Origin: Clostridia bacterium
GTDB taxonomy: Bacteria; Bacillota; Clostridia; UBA1212; DUPL01
Reading direction: 5' to 3'
Assembly: GCA_050951325.1 (NCBI GenBank)
Contig: JBMNIW010000001.1
Coordinates: 335,567 to 399,566, forward strand
DNA: 64,000 bases
Shown: positions 9,890 to 19,654 of the stretch, one piece after another
Layout of the letters: every line of letters starts with the position of its first letter
Numbering within the stretch: the stretch's first letter is position 1
Program-made: the position numbers and the translations under genes
Notes under the pieces: generated by a model
The model's input: only the letters and a program-made list of their open reading frames with translations
The model's database searches: none
What the model was told of the DNA's origin: nothing

Positions 9890-11275
9890 TTAACTCTCCT
9901 TTCTCTGCAAGGTGGGAATAATGAGGTTGACGGTAAACCCTTCTCCTGGCGTGCTTTCTATTTCCAGCACTCCACCTACGCTATCTACCCGTTCTGTCAT
10001 GATAGATAGTCCAGACCCATATTTGACATCTGCCGTTCCACTACCGTTGTCTGTAAAAGTCAGCCGCAACTTCCCTTTATACTCACCTATCAGAATGTCC
10101 ACATGCGTTGCCTGTCCATGCCTGATTGCATTGGTTGTACATTCCTTAACTGCCGAGAGTAGTATGCCGGCTTGAAGGGGAGGCAGAGCAGGTTCTGTCT
10201 CCATGACAAGATTAATATCAAGTCCGGTATCAGAACGGATTTCTTTTAAAAGCTGCTCAAGGGTGGCTGCAAAACCGATTTTCTTTTCAACTCTGACAAC
10301 TTTAACTGAAGCACGAAGCTCGGAAAGTCCTCTCCGCACCAGATCCGTGCCTTGCTGTATCTTTTTTTGTGCTTCATGGGACTTAGAAACAAGTCCTTCT
10401 GCCGCTTCCAGTGTATGGACGGCTGCAGTTAATGTATGTCCAACCGTATCGTGCATTTCCGCAGCAATACGGTTTCTCTCTTCCACCACTGCCAGTCTTT
10501 TTAGCTTTTCCGATTGCTCATTCACTGTACGGAGAGCTGATTCCAACTTCACACTTGTAATCATCTGCTTTTTCAAATTATAGAAAGCAAGCAAGGCCAG
10601 CAGAACCACAATTGTATTGACGAAAAAATATCGGATCAGATCAGCAGTTTCACCAATACGGGACAAATGTATTGTTCTTGCCATGCTGCCCAATAGATAT
10701 GCGCCCATTGCACCCATACCATACGCCTTTGCACGAGATAGCGATGCGTGGTTGATGGCACTAAAACCCGCAATGATGGAAAGAAACAAATTATCGCCAG
10801 AAGAATCCAGGTATTGGATTGGTATACAAAGAGCAAGCTGCAGTATCGGCAAAAGAGGTTCGGCTCTAAAGCGCTTTTTTTCAGGAAGCAGATTATATAG
10901 CAGCATTATGAGAAAAGAGAATGTCAAAAGCCAAATCAAGGGAATGTACGCAGAAGTTTCGTAATTTTCCGCCAGCATATGTATACCCATTACTTGATAA
11001 GCAATCAGCAGCAGTAAAAAGATCCCCTTGTTCGTCAAGTGATTTGCCTTCTCTACTTTCTCAGTTGTGGTGTCCTTTGGCAGCTTCTTTTCAGCACGAA
11101 GCAGATAAAAGGCAATGGCAGCAAGCCCAAAAACAGTTACAGACAATATGTACAAGACGCAGAGAAGAGGCTTTCGATTTACTTGTCTTATGCTCTTTGC
11201 AATATAGAGAATTTGCAGCAACAGCTGAAGCAATACCCCCGGCAGTAAAAACGGCCATATTTCCCTAATTTGCAT
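9890..11275 (-). CDS. Membrane sensor histidine kinase (HisKA_3 type)
   Basis: EERNRIAAEMHDTVGH, ECTTNAIRHG, DNGSG, GSGL; multiple TM segments. Confidence 0.93.
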   Translation of the reverse strand: MQIREIWPFLLPGVLLQLLLQILYIAKSIRQVNRKPLLCVLYILSVTVFGLAAIAFYLLRAEKKLPKDTTTEKVEKANHLTNKGIFLLLLIAYQVMGIHMLAENYETSAYIPLIWLLTFSFLIMLLYNLLPEKKRFRAEPLLPILQLALCIPIQYLDSSGDNLFLSIIAGFSAINHASLSRAKAYGMGAMGAYLLGSMARTIHLSRIGETADLIRYFFVNTIVVLLALLAFYNLKKQMITSVKLESALRTVNEQSEKLKRLAVVEERNRIAAEMHDTVGHTLTAAVHTLEAAEGLVSKSHEAQKKIQQGTDLVRRGLSELRASVKVVRVEKKIGFAATLEQLLKEIRSDTGLDINLVMETEPALPPLQAGILLSAVKECTTNAIRHGQATHVDILIGEYKGKLRLTFTDNGSGTADVKYGSGLSIMTERVDSVGGVLEIESTPGEGFTVNLIIPTLQRKES

Positions 11276-11491
11276 AATACTACCTCGCCTTCCCAATCAA
11301 CTTGTTGTTTCCGCATTACACCGTATACCGGGTGTACTTTGGAAGTGATTATCTTCACTGTAATCCATTAAGATGATCTTCCCATTTATCTCACCTTTTT
11401 TGTACAAACACGATAACTCTGCATAAAGGTCATTTTTTATTATATATTCCATTTTCCCATGAAGTCAACTGTAATACATCAAATATAAATA

Positions 11492-11516
11492 CACCCTCGA
11501 TATTTCATCGAGGGTG
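11492..11516 (-). terminator. Hairpin after DUF1801 gene
   Basis: caccctcgat-atttc-atcgagggtg perfect stem. Confidence 0.6.
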
Positions 11517-11547
11517 GTTTAAATCCCATAAATGCAGGCAAATAACT

Positions 11548-11943
11548 TTATGTTGTTGCTTCTATCCACTTTCCAACAACTTCTATTATCATTTGTCTTT
11601 TTTCCTGTATTTCATTCATAGTATTGAAGGATGCAATTGCTCTGTCATTTTCCTTCCAAATTAAAATATCATAATCGCCGCTTAGCAATCTGTTCTTTGG
11701 CATTTCTTTAACCTTCGCACCGCGATGAAATATTACTTGCAGCTGTTTTTTAGGACTGATTCTTATAGTGATGCGATCCTCTCCATTTATACTGTAGTTA
11801 GGACCGTTCCACTTTACACTTTCAGTCAACTCATAACCCGCACCCATTATTATTTCCCTCAAACACTCAACCTCATCTCTTAAGGAAAGGTTCAAACTAT
11901 CCAAAAAATATGTCACTTCTTTATTCAAATTACTTTGACCCAT
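11548..11943 (-). CDS. DUF1801 (YdhG-like) protein
   Basis: LREII....LTESVKWNGPNY motif. Confidence 0.8.
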   Translation of the reverse strand: MGQSNLNKEVTYFLDSLNLSLRDEVECLREIIMGAGYELTESVKWNGPNYSINGEDRITIRISPKKQLQVIFHRGAKVKEMPKNRLLSGDYDILIWKENDRAIASFNTMNEIQEKRQMIIEVVGKWIEATT

Positions 11944-12009
11944 ATGTGCACCCCCATTATTCAATTAGAAAAAGTATAAAGGGAGTAAAACATAAAATCA
12001 AATTAAATT

Positions 12010-12378
12010 TCATATGGCAAAAAGGTCTGTGCCGCACTGTGTACAAAAACGCGCGTCGGGAACGGTGGGAGTGCCGCATTTTGGACAGAAATTTATCTGC
12101 GGGTTGACCTGATATGTAAGCGGCAAATCTTCATCCAGCGCTTTTTCAGAAAAAAACAGCCAGAATATGTCTCCACCGTCCTCACATATTCCGATGGCAC
12201 CACTGGGAGACACCACATAAAAGTCGTTTTCGTCAATGGGGTCTTCACTGTCGCTTGTTTCGGCAAGCACCAGCAAGCCTTTTACGTCGTATCTATCATT
12301 GGAAGTGGCAAAGCTCCAGCTTCCGCAGAGTGTTGCGGCAAGTTCCGCCGCTTCCAGCATAGTATCGAATCTCTCCAT
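12010..12378 (-). CDS. Acidic protein with C-terminal zinc ribbon
   Basis: FCPKCG.......FCTQCG; GGAGG RBS. Confidence 0.8.
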   Translation of the reverse strand: MERFDTMLEAAELAATLCGSWSFATSNDRYDVKGLLVLAETSDSEDPIDENDFYVVSPSGAIGICEDGGDIFWLFFSEKALDEDLPLTYQVNPQINFCPKCGTPTVPDARFCTQCGTDLFAI

Positions 12379-12392
12379 TATAAAAAGCCTCC

Positions 12393-13727
12393 TTATTTGA
12401 ATAACAGATTATTACACCGCTTGCAGCGGTCATTTTGTATGGGGTTCATCATGGAGCAGACGTTGCAGTAGATGATGCGGTCTTTAGATTTGTCATACTT
12501 CTCGTATGTACCGAATTTGGGATGAAACCGTACCCTGTCGCCAACGGACAGATAATCGTACATATCTCGCCCGCTGTCCTTTTCCACGATAGTCTTTTTC
12601 TTGCCCGCATCGGTGTTGATGATTGTGGTATATTCCGTATAGGTTCTGTAATTATCATCTTCGCCGCCCCTATGCTCGCTTTTCTCCTTGCTGTACTTAT
12701 TGACGACCACACCCTCCCACATTGGTTGCTTGGTTCTTCGGAGCGCCAGCAGATTAAAGACCAGCATGACAAGAGCAATGCCCATGCCGATGATAATGGA
12801 TTCTCCAAAGGGGAAATCGTCCATCAGCAGACCGGCGACAGGAAAGCCGATGAGCGGCACGAACACCAATATCCACATACATCCAATGGAGAATTTTTTG
12901 TTTTTCTGTGCGGCCGCCAGTATCTCAGGGCAGTTATACCTGTCGGAAAAGCCGACCAGCCCCGCGCCGCTCTGTGGGGGCGCGGGAGTTGCTACATGGT
13001 GTGGTTCCATCGGCTCCGACGTTGCCGAATTCACCGCCTTTCCGCAGCCAATACAAAATTCGGCTCCCTCCGGAAGCGTTGCGCCGCAGGCCGTACACTC
13101 GCCGGGGACATTTGCTTGTGTTTTTGCGCCGCAGCCCGAACAGAAATCCGCGCCCTCTGGCAGTTTATTTCCACAGTTGGGACAAAACATATCCGTATCA
13201 CTCCTTTGCTCGATAATTTGAGATGCGGCGGGCTTCCTCGCCGCTGTTTTCTTCTTTTTCTCGCCTCTGGCTGTTCGTATGACAAGCAACAGCAAAAGCA
13301 GATAACCGATAGGGGCAAGAATGTGGTAAATAATTGCTACTTCGCCCATCTCGCTAAATTCGCACAGCATGGCGGGTTCATTCACATAAGGTAAAAAGCT
13401 AAGGTAGCGGATGCGCTCGGAGCGCGTTTCGCCCTCGTCCAAGCTCGGCCATGCCTCGTCGCTGCTATATATCACATAGCCCCGGTATTCCTTGCCGTTT
13501 ACCAGAAACCAATAGCCTTTTGAAACGGTGCGGGAACGGTTTTCTCCCGCATTCGTATTATCAAGTCTGCTGTCATAGCTGTCCACCGTACCCATGACGG
13601 AATCGCCCCATATCGCCAGCGCCAGCGTAGAGAGGCTCAAATACATGGCAAACAGCAAAACAGCATAGATCAGGATGCGTATAACTATTGGGATTTTATC
13701 GTTTTTTTTAGCCAATGTAAAACACAT
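12393..13727 (-). CDS. Membrane protein with double zinc ribbon and C-terminal CxxC pairs
   Basis: FCPNCG..FCSGCG..CTACG..FCIGCG; 4 TM segments; terminal CNVC...CKRC. Confidence 0.8.
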   Translation of the reverse strand: MCFTLAKKNDKIPIVIRILIYAVLLFAMYLSLSTLALAIWGDSVMGTVDSYDSRLDNTNAGENRSRTVSKGYWFLVNGKEYRGYVIYSSDEAWPSLDEGETRSERIRYLSFLPYVNEPAMLCEFSEMGEVAIIYHILAPIGYLLLLLLVIRTARGEKKKKTAARKPAASQIIEQRSDTDMFCPNCGNKLPEGADFCSGCGAKTQANVPGECTACGATLPEGAEFCIGCGKAVNSATSEPMEPHHVATPAPPQSGAGLVGFSDRYNCPEILAAAQKNKKFSIGCMWILVFVPLIGFPVAGLLMDDFPFGESIIIGMGIALVMLVFNLLALRRTKQPMWEGVVVNKYSKEKSEHRGGEDDNYRTYTEYTTIINTDAGKKKTIVEKDSGRDMYDYLSVGDRVRFHPKFGTYEKYDKSKDRIIYCNVCSMMNPIQNDRCKRCNNLLFK

Positions 13728-13733
13728 CTTTCG

Positions 13734-16195
13734 TTATTTTTTCTCCAGAATATATACGCTGAGATTTCTTTGACCACCCTCTGTTTCACTCAGGAATGTG
13801 TATTTGGCTCTGTGTCCCACTGATATGATTTCAACGGTGTGAGTAACAGTCGTAGTGCCGTTTTGGTAAGTAATTTCATAGCGTGTATCACTGAATTTTT
13901 CCAGAACATGCTCAGTCAGATAAGGGTCGCTGTAACTTTTCAGAGTCAAGCTTGGTCCGTTGTAATGTAACCATACCTCGGCAGAGGGCTTTTCCCAAGG
14001 TTCGTAGTCCTCTTTTTTATCTATTTGCATCATGCCTTCTCCCGGAATAAACAATTCAGCCCGGATCATATAAGAGGAATAATCCCCGGAAATGCTGTTA
14101 AGTATATCGTCCTTATTTCCTTTTGGCTTAGCTTTAACAAGGATAGTATATAACGGTTCGCCGGAATATTCACCCGAATAGGACCCTGAGAGGGAAAAGC
14201 TGGCTATCACATCTGGCTTCTTTTTGCTCAGCAAGTCCTCTTTATATTGATAAAGCCAGATTTTTGACGGTGATTCCAACGCCTCATAATCAGATTTTTG
14301 AAAGCGGAGTATGCATTTGCCTGTGTTATCGAACATCGCAAGCATATCTTCCAGTTCAACATGCATATCCTTCGGATATTCGAGTACAGCATACCAGCCG
14401 GCAAAAGCCTTTGGATTGGTGTTATCTAATGATACTATGGTGGCATCGTACCATGGATTTGCCTCCTTAACCGGTTCCTTTGTAACGGGAGGAACGCTTG
14501 TCGGGGTGCTGCTATCGGTGTCTTCACTTGAGGCTGGTTCAGTTTCTTCGGTTTGGTTCACTTTCCGAGGTTCCAATACTACTGTCTGAGTGTTTTCGGA
14601 GAAAGACTTTAAGGTTACAGATTTCAGCTTTTTGCCGCTTTTTATATCGGCAGATGTCCGATACAGCTCCAGTGTCATCGGAAAACCTGCTTTAAGGTGC
14701 GCCAGCAGGGTGAAGGTTATTGTGCCGCCGCCGTCGCTGTTTAATTTGCCCGTCCACGATGATGGATCGGCCGTAGAGGAAAGGGGTGCTAAACGCGCGT
14801 AACAGCCCGCCCAGGTGGATTTCTCACCTTTGTCCTTATCTTCCTGAATTATAATTGAAAACTTCGTATTATAAAAATCAGCTAATTTGTTGTATTCCTT
14901 TTCTCGTTCAATTAAGCTGTCCAAATACATATTTCGGCACATTGTGCGGAATACCGAGTTTAAATATTCATAAAGATGTGATTTATGAATCGCCGAAATA
15001 TTTTCTCTGTCTTTTTTCACGGGCCACGGGTATTTTGACAATTTCCCGTTTTTTTCATAGGCATCAATCCAGGATTCCCAATCTGTCCCCGCAACAGTCC
15101 AATATTCATTTGCATAACGGTCGATTTCCGCTCTCATCATGTCCAGTACCAGCTGCGGATTATCCTTGTTCTTTTTATAATAGGATTCAAAAAGCGTCCA
15201 CCAATCGTTCAGAGTCCGGCTATTTTCTTTGCGTTTATAGTAAGCGTCATACATGTTTTTCGTGCTTTTGTATTTATTGGCTACCGCAAAAGTTTGAACA
15301 TCGGATAAAGCAAGATCAATCATCCCGACACTTAAATATGCCAGCTTGATAGAAGGTGTTGCAAAGTTGATCGCTATGTCCAGACTGGATTTTACGGCGG
15401 TGAAAGTCGTTTCGGCAGATCGAAGAAGCCGTTGTTGTAAGCATCGCAGGCCAGCTGCGCGCAGGCGGTGCTGACGCCAAGGCCCGACATGGAATTTTGA
15501 AAGGGCTTTGGTTACCCAAGCATCATACGCCTCTCCCACGTGAAAAAAAGGTATGTGCGTTAGCGGCAGCAAAATATCTGAGCGTACCGGTGGTTTCCAA
15601 AAAAGCGGCGGCAGCATTCTCCTGCCATGAGTCGCCTTGCTGCGGCAAAGGCCTGTAATACTGCCCTGTGCCCGGGAATGCAGGTCATGTATGCGGCATA
15701 GACGTTGACTTCAGAGATGTATTCGCTGCGTTTGCCGGGATTGGTAATCTTGAATACGCCGTAGGTGGAAAGGTGATTTGTTATAATATGTACCTTATTG
15801 GCTTCTGTGTCCACCGTGTAGAAAACATCCTCCCACTCATTCGTCTCTTGGTTTAAATACTTGCCGCAGACCGAAAGAATTTCATCTTCTTTTTTCAACC
15901 CCTTATCGCTGTATGGGATGATGATTTCAATCGCTCCATCGGGTTGACCGGAGGAGAGCTTAAAGTCGTATGCAAAAATCTCCACATCGTTATCGACAGA
16001 AGCGGGTGTTACCTTCTCAATAATCACCTCATCGCCTTGCTCCAGCTCATATCCAAAATTAATATACGGTTCACTGAGGGAAGATGATGGTTTTTCCTTA
16101 CGAAATATAAAACAATAAGCAACTATGCTGATTACCGTAATCGCTGCAAGACAGATTGCGACGGCGCGTAAAGTAGTCTTCTGGAAAATGTTCAT
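13734..16195 (-). pseudogene. Large membrane-anchored protein (~820 aa) split by clustered frameshifts at ~15400-15690; HLS motif
   Basis: ORFs 15560-16195 and 13734-15617 overlap; a coherent reading hops frames several times within ~300 bp; N-terminal domain similar to that of 16220-18370. Confidence 0.7.
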
Positions 16196-16219
16196 TTTAT
16201 CCTCCTTACTGCTTCCTTC

Positions 16220-18370
16220 TTATGACATATGCCATTCATACTCGTAGGCAGTTGTTACCAAGTTGTTTCCGCCGCTCATGCTGATAAGGATATAGACTTT
16301 ATCTCCATTAGCAGAGCCGCTCGGCATTTCGCCGCCAACGGTGAGTTCTCCTCCTACATATCCTGTATTTGTATCGTTCTTATTTGTACTCACACGGGAT
16401 TTTTGGGGATTTTCAACTACTTCCCATAAATCCATGTTTGTGCCGTAGCTAACAAACGGATCGTCATGGTTTACGGGCGTTATGCTTGCTCCCAACGAAG
16501 CGCCAAGATGAAAGCAGATATTAGGCGATGTTTCTGCCGATATTTTTAAATCGATTGTGACCTTCTCGCCACCTAAATAACTATCCTTCGGTGAACTTGC
16601 AGTTCCAGAATTATTGACAAATTCACCGTGACAGTCGTCGTGCGTGCTTGCTGTATACCAATGATGCCCGATAAACTTGCAGTTGTAGGAGTAGCTTCCA
16701 CCACCACCGCTCCATGAAGATAAATAGTTTTCATCAGCCGCGCTTTGTTCGTATTCATTCTCAAACGACCGAACTAATTTCCAATAACCCTCCGTCGCTT
16801 CTCCGGCTTTTTTCAGATACCCCTTCTCGCGCATCCAGTCATAGAATTTCGCCCTGTCCTTGCCGCAGCTGAGCCACTTGGCGATTGCTATGCTCAAATT
16901 AACTTCACGGTCTTTTTCACTGCCGAAAACAGATATATCTCCGCCCACCATTTTCAAAATTACTTGTCGAATGGTAAAGAGCGACCGCAGCCGCTGCTCA
17001 ACGGTCATTTCATATTTATATCCGTACTCAAGGCGGTTGAGTAGGTTGACGTCCTTAAAAGTCTGAATAATCTTCTCATATTCCGCCGCTTTTTGAGCAA
17101 TCTGTTTCTCGTTTGCAAGCCTTGCATCAAATTGCTTTCGCAACTCGGCATCAACCTGCGTCTCAAGCGTCCTTACCTCGTCGTCGGTCAGTTTGCTCTT
17201 TCCGTGAAGCTTGCGATACGCCTCCTTCTTTTCGCTCAAAAGTCTGTTATAATACCCACGCATTTGGATTGTCAACGTTTCCCAGTCACCGGAGTTAAGC
17301 GTATAGCCGTAGGCCCCTTTCTTTGCAAGCCCTGCATAAGCCTTGTAAGCGCACTCCAGTTCATAATCCTTCCACGCCATAATACCTTGCTCGGTCGCCG
17401 CAATACCCAAATCTGCCACTGATTTTAAGGTACCAACCCCGGTACCATAACCCATTAAACTGACTCCTAAATCGGTGAACTCAACTAGCGCGGTTTTGTA
17501 GTCCCCGTTATTCAACGCCTCTGTTCCTTCAATTAAGGTGCCTATGTTTCCTAACCCCACCATCAGGCTCTCCTTAACAAGTGGATTTTCCTGAACCATT
17601 TCAATGGTGGCTTCGGCAAGAAGCTCTCCGCATTTATAGGCCAATGCCTGCATATCGGCTTCTGCCGCCAGTTCCCGCGTCGTCGGGACTATATTCATAT
17701 CCAACACACGGTCAATGATTATTTCACGCATCTCGCTGGCATACAGACCAATCCCATCAAAATAATCATTGCACACTGCCTTTACCTTTTCAATGTAAGT
17801 CGGATCTTCATTCTCGTTGCTCCAATTTTCAACTGCCATCTTCTGGGCATACAGCTTGATTTGTTCCTCTCTGTTCATCAGCTTGCCGCCGTAGGATGAA
17901 AAATGCCAGGTTTCAAACTCCAGATACCCCTCGGACAGGCGAACAGGGTCGGGGATAATTGGCTCCCACTCGCCGCCGTTCCAATATGTCATGACCGTTC
18001 GGTCAAAGCTCTCGGCATCCGGAAGGTTTTTCTTATTGAGTTTCATTGTGATTTTTACCGGTTCGTTTAACCGCACGTTTTCCATACCTTCAATACTTAT
18101 ATCAATTGGTAAAGCAAGAAAACTATCCTTTGCAGCGTCATAAGCCTCGCCGCTTCCCACTTTGGTCACATTAACTTTTACGTCCTCGTCGAAACAGTTC
18201 TTTGGAATGGTTAGACTCCAACCATCTTTCTTTAGATTTCCAATTTTCGTTTCTTTATTGGTGACAACTGTGGTTGAACCAAAGCCGCTTTTTCCACATC
18301 CGGAAAACCCTGCCATAGCCGACAACAACATTACAGCAGTCAGAATAAGGGACAATAATCTTCGTTTCAT
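16220..18370 (-). CDS. Large lipoprotein (716 aa) with ZU5-like domain ending in HFS motif
   Basis: Lipobox FSGC (Cys25); W...W....FETWHFSSYG; Gly-rich hydrophobic helices downstream. Confidence 0.75.
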   Translation of the reverse strand: MKRRLLSLILTAVMLLSAMAGFSGCGKSGFGSTTVVTNKETKIGNLKKDGWSLTIPKNCFDEDVKVNVTKVGSGEAYDAAKDSFLALPIDISIEGMENVRLNEPVKITMKLNKKNLPDAESFDRTVMTYWNGGEWEPIIPDPVRLSEGYLEFETWHFSSYGGKLMNREEQIKLYAQKMAVENWSNENEDPTYIEKVKAVCNDYFDGIGLYASEMREIIIDRVLDMNIVPTTRELAAEADMQALAYKCGELLAEATIEMVQENPLVKESLMVGLGNIGTLIEGTEALNNGDYKTALVEFTDLGVSLMGYGTGVGTLKSVADLGIAATEQGIMAWKDYELECAYKAYAGLAKKGAYGYTLNSGDWETLTIQMRGYYNRLLSEKKEAYRKLHGKSKLTDDEVRTLETQVDAELRKQFDARLANEKQIAQKAAEYEKIIQTFKDVNLLNRLEYGYKYEMTVEQRLRSLFTIRQVILKMVGGDISVFGSEKDREVNLSIAIAKWLSCGKDRAKFYDWMREKGYLKKAGEATEGYWKLVRSFENEYEQSAADENYLSSWSGGGGSYSYNCKFIGHHWYTASTHDDCHGEFVNNSGTASSPKDSYLGGEKVTIDLKISAETSPNICFHLGASLGASITPVNHDDPFVSYGTNMDLWEVVENPQKSRVSTNKNDTNTGYVGGELTVGGEMPSGSANGDKVYILISMSGGNNLVTTAYEYEWHMS

Positions 18371-18391
18371 TGTGTAAATCCTCCTTAAAAT

Positions 18392-18967
18392 TTATTCAAC
18401 CGTGAATTTGAACACTAAATCCGGCGGCACATTGACAAATCCGGCGTAATAATGCATGGTAATCTCGCTTTTGTCGGCTTGATACTGATATATCATCCAG
18501 CCGCTGGTGGATTCACCGGGTGCCAGGTCAACTCTTGACATATATCTTTCATTGCGGTCAGCGACTTCAAGCATAACCTGTGAATTTTCCTCCGATTTCA
18601 TATCGCTGTCATCACCTGTGGCCCCCTCGGTATACACAATATACAATGCCTTCGCCTTTGGTGATTCTATCGTTTCGTCCGAAATATTTTTAAAGGTAAA
18701 CCATACTTTGATATATTCAAAGCCGTCCTTTGCTTTTTCAAGAGTGGTATTCGCTTCGGCTACTGCAACTTTATCAATTGTGATAGAAAGTCCGTTTGCT
18801 TCTGCCGCTTCACCGATACCATACACCTTTGCTTCTTCTTTTTTTGAGTTATCGGACGTTGTGCTGCCGCCTGTGGGCGTAGAGCTTTCCGATGGCGATT
18901 CACCGTCGCAAGCGGCGAGGGAAATCATCATCATAAGTGTTAGAAAGAATGTAATAAACTTTTTCAT
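18392..18967 (-). CDS. DUF4352-like lipoprotein
   Basis: Lipobox LAAC; Ser/Thr linker; DLAPGESTSGWMIY motif. Confidence 0.8.
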   Translation of the reverse strand: MKKFITFFLTLMMMISLAACDGESPSESSTPTGGSTTSDNSKKEEAKVYGIGEAAEANGLSITIDKVAVAEANTTLEKAKDGFEYIKVWFTFKNISDETIESPKAKALYIVYTEGATGDDSDMKSEENSQVMLEVADRNERYMSRVDLAPGESTSGWMIYQYQADKSEITMHYYAGFVNVPPDLVFKFTVE

Positions 18968-19003
18968 CGTGTTCCTCCATTATTCAGATATAATTTTAAT
19001 GGA

Positions 19004-19522
19004 TTACCAACCGCTGATACTGGCAGACACACCGGTTTCATGCCAAAATTTCTGATTTATCTCCAGTATTAACGCTTGTTCGTTCATACCGTGCAAGAGC
19101 TCAATGCGCATTCTCCTGGTCGCATCTCCAAAGGTCAGTATTATCCGTTGTCTGTCAATCTCAATAGCGTTCAAGCAAACACCGTGAACTCCATCAAGAC
19201 CCCATCGGTATATTTCTGTACCAATGAGAATACCGAAGGTAGAAATCACAGTCACCTCTGCATGATTCTCGCTTGTATTACCTGCTGCAGGCAAAACAGC
19301 CGGCACAACATAAAGTATACGATTATCCCAGATGAGGGTCGCATCATAAAGTAACCTGCTTTGTTTTACAAGCAAAACGAGAAAAGTTATACAAACAATA
19401 CCAATAGCAATGGCCACTTCTGCTTTTGCTCTAACACCAAGCCAGGCTGCAGGCAATGTATAACTTGATAAAAACAAGCCATATATATTTCGTATCCTTC
19501 GCATAGCCTTTATTTGCATCAT
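19004..19522 (-). CDS. Hypothetical membrane protein, first gene of operon
   Basis: Two N-terminal TM segments; GGAGG RBS. Confidence 0.7.
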   Translation of the reverse strand: MMQIKAMRRIRNIYGLFLSSYTLPAAWLGVRAKAEVAIAIGIVCITFLVLLVKQSRLLYDATLIWDNRILYVVPAVLPAAGNTSENHAEVTVISTFGILIGTEIYRWGLDGVHGVCLNAIEIDRQRIILTFGDATRRMRIELLHGMNEQALILEINQKFWHETGVSASISGW

Positions 19523-19565
19523 ACCACCTCCAATAAAACATTAAGCAAGAATGCATCAAAAGACA

Positions 19566-19581
19566 TCATCCAAAAGGATGA
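19566..19581. promoter_or_regulatory. Palindromic operator, putative LuxR-type activator site
   Basis: TCATCC-aaaa-GGATGA about 45 bp upstream of the 19522 start. Confidence 0.55.
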
Positions 19582-19597
19582 ATTTATTGAAAAACGC

Positions 19598-19629
19598 AAA
19601 AAACCTCTAATCCTTTCGGATTAGAGGTT
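19598..19629 (-). terminator. Intrinsic terminator of LuxR gene
   Basis: aacctctaatcc-tttc-ggattagaggtt 12-bp stem plus U-tract on minus strand. Confidence 0.85.
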
Positions 19630-19654
19630 AATTAAACCCTGCATTATGCAAATA

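Noticed and set aside
12435-13394. 319-aa plus-strand ORF and other long antisense ORFs (e.g. 19739-20464, 18507-19055, 53355-53918)
   Set aside because: Shadow ORFs opposite well-supported genes, with no recognisable motifs
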